Positions 27,132-36,191 of a stretch of 38,953 nucleotides of DNA are shown one piece after another. The notes under the pieces are model-generated. The model searched no databases, was not told the origin of the DNA, and worked only from the letters and a program-made list of their open reading frames with translations. This DNA is from a candidate division WOR-3 bacterium (GTDB taxonomy: Bacteria; Hydrothermota; Tepidihabitantia; Tepidihabitantales; Tepidihabitantaceae), in NCBI GenBank assembly GCA_037441285.1, contig JBBISL010000019.1, forward strand, positions 1 through 38,953. Direction: 5' to 3'. Made by a program: the position numbers and the translations under genes. Position 1 is the first letter of the stretch. Each line of letters begins with the position of its first letter.

Positions 27132-27954
27132 CTACCACATCCACCCCGATTATTCCAGTGATGCTCAAGGTAGAATCACCGATTATTGTCAGCAGGCGCT
27201 TAGAGTTGGCATCAAGGAGTTATGCTTCACAACTCATTACGAGCCCGACCCGATGCGGGCAGAAATAGAACGGGTAATGATAGCGGGACAACCAGCGTTG
27301 GTTGATTCGGATTGGGTTGATATTTATCTGGAAGATATTGAGAAGGCGCGACGCGATTTTCCCGAACTGCTTATACGGTCCGGGGTTGAGGTCGGATATG
27401 AGATGGGGTTGGAAGGTAAGATTGCCGATTTTCTCGAGCGTTACAAATTTGACTATGTTCTTGGTGCGGTTCACTGTTTAAACCACATTGCGATTACTTC
27501 AGGTCACGAATTAGCAGATTTTCGCAATCGTCTTAAACCCCGAGGGGCAGAGTACATTGCGCAGCGTTACCTTGATTATGTGCGAGCCGCAGCGGGTTCT
27601 AAACTGTTTGACTGTTTAGCACATCTTGATATCTGGCGTAAGTACATCGTACCAGAGGTTGGAAGCGAGTTTTTGACTTTTATCGAGCGCGGAATTGTGC
27701 CGATGTTAGGATATATCGCTCAGTCGGGAACCGGGCTGGAAATAAACAGTTCGGCATTACGCCGGGGAGATAAAGAACCGTATCCACAAAGTAAAATTAT
27801 CGCTCAGGCAATTGCAGCCGGAGTAAAGACATTTACCGTTGGTTCTGATGCCCATCGGGTTGCCGATTTGGGAATAGGCGTTGATAAAGCGGTTGCAATA
27901 CTTGCCCGATTCGGGTTTCAGCCCACACACTTCCAAAATCGTCAAAGGTATTGA
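27124..27954 (+). CDS. PHP-family phosphatase (HisJ/HisK histidinol-phosphatase type)
   Basis: DYHIH...S.DA, FTTH, GVEVGY, DYVLGAVH, AHLD, LEINSS, GSDAH. Confidence 0.88.
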   Translation: MTDYHIHPDYSSDAQGRITDYCQQALRVGIKELCFTTHYEPDPMRAEIERVMIAGQPALVDSDWVDIYLEDIEKARRDFPELLIRSGVEVGYEMGLEGKIADFLERYKFDYVLGAVHCLNHIAITSGHELADFRNRLKPRGAEYIAQRYLDYVRAAAGSKLFDCLAHLDIWRKYIVPEVGSEFLTFIERGIVPMLGYIAQSGTGLEINSSALRRGDKEPYPQSKIIAQAIAAGVKTFTVGSDAHRVADLGIGVDKAVAILARFGFQPTHFQNRQRY

Positions 27955-27979
27955 CTTTTGCGATGATAAGTAATAGAAT
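27951..27979 (+). promoter_or_regulatory. Promoter of the activator/DUF2229 cluster
   Basis: TTGACT-N17-TAGAAT, 9 nt before the ATG. The -35 box overlaps the upstream TGA. Confidence 0.65.
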
Positions 27980-27988
27980 AAAACTGAG

Positions 27989-28903
27989 ATGAGAATTGGG
28001 ATTCCCCGTGCCCTTTTGTATTACCGTTATGGCAGGTTCTGGGAACGGTTTTTAACTGAATTGGGTAGCGAAGTTGTCTTAAGTCGTAAGACGGATGAGG
28101 AGCTAGTTCAAAATGGATTGGTATGTGTTCCGAGCGAAGTCTGTCTCCCGATTAAAATCGTTGCCGGGCATTTATTGCAATTGATGAATGAAGTTGACGC
28201 CATCTTCTTTCCCCGATTAAACTGGTTGGGCGATAAACTTTTTGCCTGTCCCAAAATGATTGGGATTGTGGATATTGCGCGGATGCTTCTCAATAAAAAT
28301 GTTCGGTTAATTGCGCCAACGATTAACGGGGATCTATTTCGTGCTCATTTTGCTGCGGGTTTACAGATTAATCCTAATCCGGTAAAGGTCTGGGCGGCAT
28401 GGCAAAAGACAAAAGGGGAGTTGTCTCGGAAAGTAGCAGGAGATGACGTGGTGTCTTTTGATTCAAGTCAGCCGGCTATAACTTACCCGACCGTTGCGGT
28501 GATTGGTCATTTTTACAATATCGGAGATGAGTTTGTATCCCGGGCGATAATCAGCACCTTCAAACAGAACGGATATCGAATTTTGACGAAGGAAGATTTG
28601 CCCGATAGTGTTCTGGCGAAAGCCAATGGTTTCAGCCGAAATATCCGCTGGGTTTACCAAAGAGAACTGTTTAATTCGTTCGAATATTTTTTAGGAAAGG
28701 TGGATGGATTTTGTGTCGTGGTTTCAATGGGATGCGGTCCGGATTCACTGGTTGCGGAATTTATGCGGGAGCGAGCCCAAAAACAGGGCGTTCCCTTTTT
28801 ACTATTAGTAATTGATGAACATACCGGCGAGGCAGGATTAGTAACCAGGGTCGAGGCGTTTATTGAACTTTTGAGGCGCCGGCAAAAAAGGCTACAAAGT
28901 TGA
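27989..28903 (+). CDS. DUF2229 / 2-hydroxyacyl-CoA dehydratase-like Fe-S subunit
   Basis: IGIPRALLYY, EVCLPIK...GH, CPK, GCGPDS, IDEHTGEAGLVTRVEAF. Confidence 0.82.
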   Translation: MRIGIPRALLYYRYGRFWERFLTELGSEVVLSRKTDEELVQNGLVCVPSEVCLPIKIVAGHLLQLMNEVDAIFFPRLNWLGDKLFACPKMIGIVDIARMLLNKNVRLIAPTINGDLFRAHFAAGLQINPNPVKVWAAWQKTKGELSRKVAGDDVVSFDSSQPAITYPTVAVIGHFYNIGDEFVSRAIISTFKQNGYRILTKEDLPDSVLAKANGFSRNIRWVYQRELFNSFEYFLGKVDGFCVVVSMGCGPDSLVAEFMRERAQKQGVPFLLLVIDEHTGEAGLVTRVEAFIELLRRRQKRLQS

Positions 28904-29967
28904 TGCGTGTTACTTTCCCTTATTTTGGTTATGACACATTGGCGCTGAAAGGTTTCCTCGAAGATTTGGGCGCGGAAGTTGTGCTCCCGCCGCCAACATC
29001 CCGGCGGACCGTTGAACTGGGAGTTAAATTTTCTCCGGAACTGATTTGCATGCCTTTTAAGATAACATTGGGCAACTTTATTGAAGCAACCGAACTGGGG
29101 GCTGATACCCTGTTGATGGCGGCGGGCGCCCGGAAATGCCGGTTTGGCTATTACCATTATCTTCAAGAAATCGCATTAAAGGTGGCTGGGAGAAAATTCA
29201 ACCTGGTACCGGTTACTCAATACTCAGCAACCGATTTCATATTTCGCTTGATGCCGTCACTGTTCAATGTTTCACCAATACGCGTAAGTCGGGCAGTTTA
29301 CCTTCTGCTGGCAAAAAGTGCCCTGACCCGTGATTTTCGCCGGATGTTGAATAGAAAAAGGGCGCTGGATTTTACTGCAACAGAGCAACTGGTAAAACCG
29401 GCGTTGAGGGTGATTGCTGAAACTCGTACCCTTTCAGAAATTAAGCGTGCCCACCAGACCTTAAAAGCAATGTTTAACCTGAATGGGGATAAGCCCCAAT
29501 TGCGGGTTGGACTCGTCGGCGAGATTTTTTTTACAATTGACCAGTTTGCCAACCAGGAAATTGAGAAGAAATTGGGTCAACTCGGTGTCGAGGTAATTTT
29601 TGAGCGGTGTTTGTATAACCATTTGCGTCACCTCTTGAGAATCGATTTTGGATATTTGCGTTCCCGTAGGCTGGCGCGTCCGTATCTTCAGGAGTGTCCG
29701 GGAGGAGAGGCGATTCGAACTGTGGGCGAAGCGGCAAAATTTATTCGCCGGGGCGTGGATGGAATAGTTCATGTATTTCCATTTACCTGTATGCCGGAAA
29801 ATATCGCCTTTGAGGCGTTACAGCGGTTGTGCGAATTGAACCGAGTACCTTTATTGTCGTTATCTTTTGATGAACACACCGCTCCCACCGGGCTTGTAAC
29901 CCGCCTTGAAGCATTTGTCGAACTTTTACGCAGGAGGCAATGTGGTCGAAGGATTTCTGGGAATTGA
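28903..29967 (+). CDS. Second dehydratase/reductase-like subunit (CoA protein activase family)
   Basis: SPELICMPFK.TLGN, CRFGYY, VGEI, PFTCMPE, FDEHT..TG..TRLEAF. Confidence 0.8.
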   Translation: MRVTFPYFGYDTLALKGFLEDLGAEVVLPPPTSRRTVELGVKFSPELICMPFKITLGNFIEATELGADTLLMAAGARKCRFGYYHYLQEIALKVAGRKFNLVPVTQYSATDFIFRLMPSLFNVSPIRVSRAVYLLLAKSALTRDFRRMLNRKRALDFTATEQLVKPALRVIAETRTLSEIKRAHQTLKAMFNLNGDKPQLRVGLVGEIFFTIDQFANQEIEKKLGQLGVEVIFERCLYNHLRHLLRIDFGYLRSRRLARPYLQECPGGEAIRTVGEAAKFIRRGVDGIVHVFPFTCMPENIAFEALQRLCELNRVPLLSLSFDEHTAPTGLVTRLEAFVELLRRRQCGRRISGN

Positions 29968-30892
29968 TGTTGGCTCTATTTCGACCAAAGGCGTTGTGAT
30001 TGACCGTGACTATCGAGTACTGACAAGCCGGTATTTACGAACTCGAGGCAATCCGATAAACTCAATAAGACAGTTATTACGGGAGTTGGGACAGGATGTC
30101 AATTCCGATGTGAAAATTCTCGGGGCAGGAACGACCGGTTCAGCACGGCGGCTGGCTGGTGTAATGGTCCAGGCTGATGTCGTCAAGAATGAAATTATCG
30201 CTCATGCGGTAGCAGCAATTCACTTTTACCCTGATGCTCAGACCGTTTTAGAAATTGGCGGTCAGGATTCTAAAATCATCATTATTCGAGACGGTATACC
30301 GGTGGACTTCGCGATGAATACGGTTTGTGCTGCGGGCACTGGTAGTTTTCTTGACCATCAGGCAACAAGGCTTCATATTCCAATCGAAGAGTTTGGGGAG
30401 CGAGCATTACGGGCACAGAACCGGGTTTCAATCGCTGGCCGGTGTACCGTTTTTGCCGAGAGCGATATGATACACAAGGCGCAGCTTGGTGTTCCTACCG
30501 ATGATATTCTTGCCGGTTTGTGTGACGCCATCGTCCGTAACTATCTTAACACCGTTGCCAAAGGTAAGGAAATTCGTCCCCGCGTTTTGTTTCAGGGGGG
30601 AGTGGCGGCAAATGTTGGGGTACGGGCGGCGTTTGAACGAGCGTTAGAGGTTGAAATCACGGTCCCGGAGCACTTTCTGGTTATGGGCGCAATCGGTGCC
30701 GCAATACTGGCGAGTGAAGAAACCGAGAGTAAGAAGAGTCAATTTGCCGGTTTTGAAATGGCTGATATTACCTTTGAAAGTCGTGTGTTCGAATGCGACG
30801 GCTGTCCGAACCGGTGCGAGGTTGTGGAAACTTTACGGGAAGGGGATGTTATTGACCGATATGGCGACCGGTGCGGTAAATGGTCGGGTTAA
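29942..30892 (+). CDS. ATP-dependent activator (BadF/BadG/BcrA/BcrD ASKHA ATPase) with a C-terminal Cys cluster
   Basis: GIDVGSISTK, EIGGQDSK, MNTVCAAGTGSFL, RCTVFAESD, GGVA.N, C-terminal CDGCPNRC...GDRC. AGGAGG RBS with GTG at 29942. Confidence 0.9.
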   Translation: MVEGFLGIDVGSISTKGVVIDRDYRVLTSRYLRTRGNPINSIRQLLRELGQDVNSDVKILGAGTTGSARRLAGVMVQADVVKNEIIAHAVAAIHFYPDAQTVLEIGGQDSKIIIIRDGIPVDFAMNTVCAAGTGSFLDHQATRLHIPIEEFGERALRAQNRVSIAGRCTVFAESDMIHKAQLGVPTDDILAGLCDAIVRNYLNTVAKGKEIRPRVLFQGGVAANVGVRAAFERALEVEITVPEHFLVMGAIGAAILASEETESKKSQFAGFEMADITFESRVFECDGCPNRCEVVETLREGDVIDRYGDRCGKWSG

Positions 30893-30923
30893 GGGATGTT
30901 GCGATGGGGAATCAATTAAAATT

Positions 30924-32432
30924 ATGATAAATCGGGTAGCGCTACTCTTTACCTTTTTGACCGGTTTGGTGTGCGCTAACCCGAAAGAGACCAAGGAGGT
31001 GCAGATGGTTCGAGAGCCAGCAGTTGCCGGTCAGTTTTATCCTGCCGAAGAGAAAAAACTCAAGTCAATGATTGATTCGATGCTTGAACAGGTTTCACCA
31101 ATTAAATTGACGGGAAGGATTATTGGAATTCAGGTTCCCCATGCCGGCATCGAGTTCTCTGGCCCAACCGCGGCTAAAGCCTACAAACTCCTTCAGGGAA
31201 TGGATTCGCTTACGGTGATAATGCTGGGACCGAGTCATCGGGTTGATATTAGACAGGCAGCAGTATTTGATAAAGGGTTCTGGCGAACTCCGCTGGGCGA
31301 TGTGCTTGTTGATGAAGTGATGGCAGAAGAATTGCTCAAGGAGGATAAGTTTTTTGTCCGTCTTCCGGCGGCTCATCTCCAAGAGCACTCCCTTGAGGTA
31401 CAACTTATTTTCCTGCAGCGGGTTTTGAAGAATTTTAAGATTGTTCCGATAATGTTGCTATTTCCCAGTTATGATGAGTGTGAGCGGGTTGGTAAGGCAC
31501 TGGCGAGGGTGGCAAAGGGTAAAAAGGTTCTCTTGCTGGCTTCTTCCGACCTTTATCATGGCTACTCTTACACGGAAGCCCGTGCGTCAGATTCGTTTAC
31601 TCTTAAACTGATGGAAAATTTTGACCCCAGGGCGTTTTATCAGGCGGTTCAGGAGGCTTATTTAAAGGATAAACCAGTGGCGTGTGGTGGCTACCCAATT
31701 GTTGCGATGATGATTGCAGCACGGGAACTGGGTGCAGATAAAGTTGTCGTGCTGGGCCGAACCAATTCTAACGATGTCCTGAATCAGCGTGGTGGCTACT
31801 GTGTTGGTTACAGTGCGGTGGCATTTGTTCAAACAAATGAAAAAACGGGAACTGGGGAACGGCAGTTAGAAAGTGATGATAACGAGTTGACACCTGCAGA
31901 GCGAAAGAGCCTTTTGACGATTGCCCGTCAAACGATCGAGGAGTATATCCGTTTCGGGATTCGGCCAAAGGTAGAACCTTTGACCGAGCGGTTAAAGAGG
32001 AAGCAGGGTGTGTTTGTCACCCTGCACAAACATGGTGAACTTCGTGGTTGCATTGGCTATGTTGAAGGGATTGAACCACTTTACCTTGCGGTTCAGGATA
32101 TGGCAATTAGCGCCGCAACCGAAGACCCGCGATTTCCTCCGGTCACCGCTTCTGAGCTGCCGGACATTGATATTGAGATTACTGTTCTTTCACCATTAAG
32201 AAGGATCAACAGTCCTGATTCAGTCATTGTTGGAAAGCACGGGTTAGTGATTCGGAGAGGTTTCTACTCCGGACTACTTTTACCTCAAGTGCCAGTAGAG
32301 CAGAACTGGAACCGGGAACAGTTTCTAATACACACCTGCCTGAAAGCCGGCTTACCACCCGATGCTTATAAAGACCCGAAGGCGGAACTTTATGTTTTCA
32401 CCGGTGAGGTTTTTGGGGAAAAGAAGCGTTGA
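30924..32432 (+). CDS. AmmeMemoRadiSam B+A fusion (MEMO1 domain + AMMECR1 domain)
   Basis: REPAVAGQFYP, PHAG, GPSH, EHSLEVQ, SSDL.H; then GVFVTL...LRGCIG, DPRF, LLLPQV, KAGL. Start is ATG 30924 or ATG 31005. Confidence 0.9.
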   Translation: MINRVALLFTFLTGLVCANPKETKEVQMVREPAVAGQFYPAEEKKLKSMIDSMLEQVSPIKLTGRIIGIQVPHAGIEFSGPTAAKAYKLLQGMDSLTVIMLGPSHRVDIRQAAVFDKGFWRTPLGDVLVDEVMAEELLKEDKFFVRLPAAHLQEHSLEVQLIFLQRVLKNFKIVPIMLLFPSYDECERVGKALARVAKGKKVLLLASSDLYHGYSYTEARASDSFTLKLMENFDPRAFYQAVQEAYLKDKPVACGGYPIVAMMIAARELGADKVVVLGRTNSNDVLNQRGGYCVGYSAVAFVQTNEKTGTGERQLESDDNELTPAERKSLLTIARQTIEEYIRFGIRPKVEPLTERLKRKQGVFVTLHKHGELRGCIGYVEGIEPLYLAVQDMAISAATEDPRFPPVTASELPDIDIEITVLSPLRRINSPDSVIVGKHGLVIRRGFYSGLLLPQVPVEQNWNREQFLIHTCLKAGLPPDAYKDPKAELYVFTGEVFGEKKR

Positions 32433-32479
32433 TTTTCAATTAAATTGGGTTAATATTATACGATAAAAAGGAGGCATAG

Positions 32480-35400
32480 ATGAAACTTAGCATCGTGGTC
32501 TTAACCACCTTACTTGCGGTCGGGGTAGCTTTTTCTTCCTGGCTGGGAATTACCAGCCCAACACCCACCGCCCCGCAAGCCGAGATAAAACCAGATGGCA
32601 ATAATGCTACTTTAGTCAAAATAACCATACCGGGTTTAGAGACAGAAACTAAAGAGGTCGATGGCGAAAACTGGACCGTTGTGCAAATTCCCGGTGAACC
32701 CGCAATTACCGGCAAAGTAGGATTGCCCCAATTGCCGGTTGTTGTCCGTAATCTTGCTTTGCCCGACAACGCCACTGTTGATGTATCGGTTGTCGAAAGT
32801 GAGTTTGAAAAAGTTACCGGTGTTCTTATTTATCCAACCCAGAAGCCTTTGACCGAGTGCGAACAGCCCACTTGGCAGGTTGACGACGCTTTTTATCAAA
32901 AGGATTTGGTTTATCCGTCGGAACTGGCAACGGTTAAACTTCAGAGCACCTGGCGGGGACTGCCTTTTGCGACGATAGAAGTAAACCCCGTGCGTTATAA
33001 CCCGGCAAAAAGAGAGCTTTTTATTGCCAAAAAACTGGTGGTGCGAGTACACCATACCGGTGCATTTCGGCATAAAGTTATTGAACCCTGGACCCTGGGT
33101 GTTTTGAAAACCATTGTCGACAATCCGGAAAGGTTCAATCTGGATGTGCGCTGGATTGATAGTCCAGGTGTGCGCTATCTGGTAATTGCCCATTCCAATT
33201 ACACCGGAGCCTGGCTTGACTCGTTGGTCAACTGGCATCAGAAACGCGGGGTGGAAACGCGGGTAATTGCTAAGTCTTCCTGGACGACAACAGAGGTGAA
33301 GGACTCGATTCGCGCCGAATACAATCGAAACAGTCCTCCGGTTCTTCGGTGGGTGCTTTTGGTCGGAGAATATAATGAAGTGCCAGGATATGCATACCCC
33401 GGTGTCGGGTTTTCCGATGTCTGGTATGCGGATTTAAACCCTCCTTCCGGTGATGATTATTTTGAACTCGGGATTGGACGTTTTAGCCCCTCCTCGGTGA
33501 GCGACCTTGCAAATCAAATTCAGAAGACCCTGAAGTTTGAGAAAAACCCACCAACCGGTGTCTGGACCGAGAAATCAGGGTTAGTTGCTCACTCCGAACA
33601 ATATCCCGATAAGTATTCTGCCTGCACCCGGGGCATTTACAACTTTCCCTATCCACTTTATCGCTATACATTTGATACGATTATGGGCGGTGCGGGCGGC
33701 ACCAATGCGATGGTCTCCGCAGACATCAATGAAGGTCGAGTGGTGATAAACTACCGGGGGCACGGTTCTGAAACCGATTGGTCGTCCTGGGATGCGCAGC
33801 AACAGTCCTGGACCGCTAATGATATCAATGCGCTCAACAATGGCGATATGACGCCCGTGGTGATTAACTGTTGTTGTTTAAACCATGTGCTCTCAACTTC
33901 AACATGTTTGGGAGAAGCCTGGCTGCGAAAGTATCCAGGGGGTGCGGTGGCTTCACTGGGAGCGACCGAGGCATCTTATACGATTCCCAATCACGGCTGG
34001 GATTCAACTTTATTCCGCTGCATTGGCGATACATTTACAATTTCCATACCTGGTGTGCGCAACTACACCTGCCCGACCTGGGATTTGGGCTGGATGCTAT
34101 GTAATGCGGATGCCTATATTCAGAAGTATTATGCTTCTCAAGGAGGTACCGACAATGCCCGTATGTACCTCTGGCTTGGTGACCCGGCGCTAACGGTTTG
34201 GACTGGGCCTCTGACCGCGGCGGATATCGTTCATCCCACTACGGTGCCACTGGGCAATTACGACCTTGAGGTGAATGTTACAAAAAGCGGTAATCCAGTT
34301 AAAGATGCGCTCGTTTGCGCCTGGAAACCGGGCGATTTTTATGTGTTTGGCTACACCGATGTTTCCGGTAATGTAACCCTACCGATTTGTGCAACCAGTG
34401 AGGATTCTTTTTCGCTTGTCGTCACCGGCCAAGGGTTTCCGCCTTACGAAGGTACGATTTTAGCACAAGCCATCGGTACGCCATATGTCACCTACCGCCG
34501 TTCAGTGGTTAACGATTCACCACCCGGTGGTATTGGTGATGGTAGTATCAACCCGGGAGAAAGGATAACATTGCCCACCTGGGTTAAAAACTGGGGTGAT
34601 GTCCAGGCGAACTCGGTAACCGGTACAATTAGGACTAATGACCTTTATATAAACATCATAGATTCGGTTAAAACCTTCGGGAACATTCTGCCTGGTGACT
34701 CAGCTTTCACTGGACCCAACGGTTTCAAATTTGATGTTGCTCCTGCCTGTACCAATGGGCACATTATCCGTTTTGACCTGTTCTGCAAGGATGCAAATGA
34801 TTCGGTCTGGCAATCGCGTATCTACCTGCGGGTTGGCGCACCCAGTCTGGAATATGCGAGTTTAAATGTGATTGATACAATCGCCGGCGGCAATCGGAAT
34901 GGCAGACTTGACCCGCAGGAGTCAGCGCTTTTGATGGTTTCGTTACGCAATATCGGGTTTGGTAATGCTAACGATGTGAGCGCAGTTCTCCGGTCCGGCG
35001 ACGCAAGGTTGGTTGTCAACGATTCCACCGGTTTTTATGGACTGATAATGCCAGAGAGTACCCGGGCGAATACGAGTGACCCATTTCAGGTAACAACGCT
35101 CGCAATGCCGCTTGAGACGCGTGTCTCCTGCACACTTTATGTAACGGCGCAGGGTGGCTATAGTGCAGTTATCCCGTTCTCGATTTTGGTGGGTGAAATT
35201 CGCGCCTGTGACCCGATACCGGATACCGGAGGTGTCGCGGTCTCTTATTGGGCTTATGATGATGTTGATACATTTTACACCAAACATCCTGAGTTCAACT
35301 GGGTGGAAATCAGAAACATAGGTACACGGCTGACTTTAAGCGACGACGAGACCCGACAGATAACTCTGCCTTCATCGTTCGGTCCTTTCATCTTCTATGG

Positions 35401-36181
35401 CCAGTCATACACTCAGATTTCGGTCTGTTCCAACGGCTGGATTGCACCGGGCTATACAACGGTTACAACCTATATCAACACCTCTTTACCCAACACTTCA
35501 ATGCCACCGCTGCTTGCCGCCAACTGGGACGACCTGTACCCGCCAACTGGCAACAGCGTCTGGTACTATCACGATTCCGCCAACCACCGATTTATCATTG
35601 AATGGGACTCGGTCCACTACTATAACCCCCGTGAACAATGGGATAAGTTTCAGATTATCCTTTACGACACGACTGTTACCGATGGTGATTGTGAGTTTGA
35701 ATATCAGTATTTGACTTCGAACTACAACAGTTCTTGTACAGTTGGTGAACAGGACCATACCTTATCTCGCTGGATTCAGTTAGTGTTCAACGGCAGTTAC
35801 CATCGTGGTGCGGCGCCGCTGACAGCGGGAAGGGCGGTGTTGTTTACACCCGATGGTCCGCAGGTGGGAGTTAAGGAGTCAGAGGTCTCCGGCAGTAAAA
35901 TTCCAACGCGGCTGGCACTTGGAATTTCACCCAATCCCATAATCAGGCAGGCGATGATTCGTCTTGCGGTGCCGAATAAAGGCAGGGTGCGATTAACAGT
36001 ATTCAATATTACAGGCAGGGTTGTGCGGACACTGGTAAACAGTGAAGTTGCTCCGGGATATTATACCGCGGTATGGGATGGTACCGATGACACTGGCAAG
36101 CATGTTGCTAATGGTATCTACATTTTCCGGTTTGAGACCGATGCGCAAAGAGTGATAACTAAGGGAGTGCTATTACGGTAA
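32480..36181 (+). CDS. Gingipain-like peptidase C25 (paralog B) with a FlgD-Ig/T9SS-like CTD
   Basis: AAGGAGG RBS, signal peptide, propeptide GLPQLP, VLLVGE, IGRFS, catalytic NYRGHGSETDW and NCCC, LGDPAL, CTD WDGTDDTGKHVANGIY. Confidence 0.9.
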   Translation: MKLSIVVLTTLLAVGVAFSSWLGITSPTPTAPQAEIKPDGNNATLVKITIPGLETETKEVDGENWTVVQIPGEPAITGKVGLPQLPVVVRNLALPDNATVDVSVVESEFEKVTGVLIYPTQKPLTECEQPTWQVDDAFYQKDLVYPSELATVKLQSTWRGLPFATIEVNPVRYNPAKRELFIAKKLVVRVHHTGAFRHKVIEPWTLGVLKTIVDNPERFNLDVRWIDSPGVRYLVIAHSNYTGAWLDSLVNWHQKRGVETRVIAKSSWTTTEVKDSIRAEYNRNSPPVLRWVLLVGEYNEVPGYAYPGVGFSDVWYADLNPPSGDDYFELGIGRFSPSSVSDLANQIQKTLKFEKNPPTGVWTEKSGLVAHSEQYPDKYSACTRGIYNFPYPLYRYTFDTIMGGAGGTNAMVSADINEGRVVINYRGHGSETDWSSWDAQQQSWTANDINALNNGDMTPVVINCCCLNHVLSTSTCLGEAWLRKYPGGAVASLGATEASYTIPNHGWDSTLFRCIGDTFTISIPGVRNYTCPTWDLGWMLCNADAYIQKYYASQGGTDNARMYLWLGDPALTVWTGPLTAADIVHPTTVPLGNYDLEVNVTKSGNPVKDALVCAWKPGDFYVFGYTDVSGNVTLPICATSEDSFSLVVTGQGFPPYEGTILAQAIGTPYVTYRRSVVNDSPPGGIGDGSINPGERITLPTWVKNWGDVQANSVTGTIRTNDLYINIIDSVKTFGNILPGDSAFTGPNGFKFDVAPACTNGHIIRFDLFCKDANDSVWQSRIYLRVGAPSLEYASLNVIDTIAGGNRNGRLDPQESALLMVSLRNIGFGNANDVSAVLRSGDARLVVNDSTGFYGLIMPESTRANTSDPFQVTTLAMPLETRVSCTLYVTAQGGYSAVIPFSILVGEIRACDPIPDTGGVAVSYWAYDDVDTFYTKHPEFNWVEIRNIGTRLTLSDDETRQITLPSSFGPFIFYGQSYTQISVCSNGWIAPGYTTVTTYINTSLPNTSMPPLLAANWDDLYPPTGNSVWYYHDSANHRFIIEWDSVHYYNPREQWDKFQIILYDTTVTDGDCEFEYQYLTSNYNSSCTVGEQDHTLSRWIQLVFNGSYHRGAAPLTAGRAVLFTPDGPQVGVKESEVSGSKIPTRLALGISPNPIIRQAMIRLAVPNKGRVRLTVFNITGRVVRTLVNSEVAPGYYTAVWDGTDDTGKHVANGIYIFRFETDAQRVITKGVLLR
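35378..35677 (+). repeat. 300-bp exact repeat, copy 2 (inverted relative to 6972-7271)
   Basis: Exact reverse complement of 6972-7271, encoding the same 100 aa (FGPFIFYGQ...ILYDTTV). Confidence 0.95.
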
Positions 36182-36191
36182 CGGTTTGACT

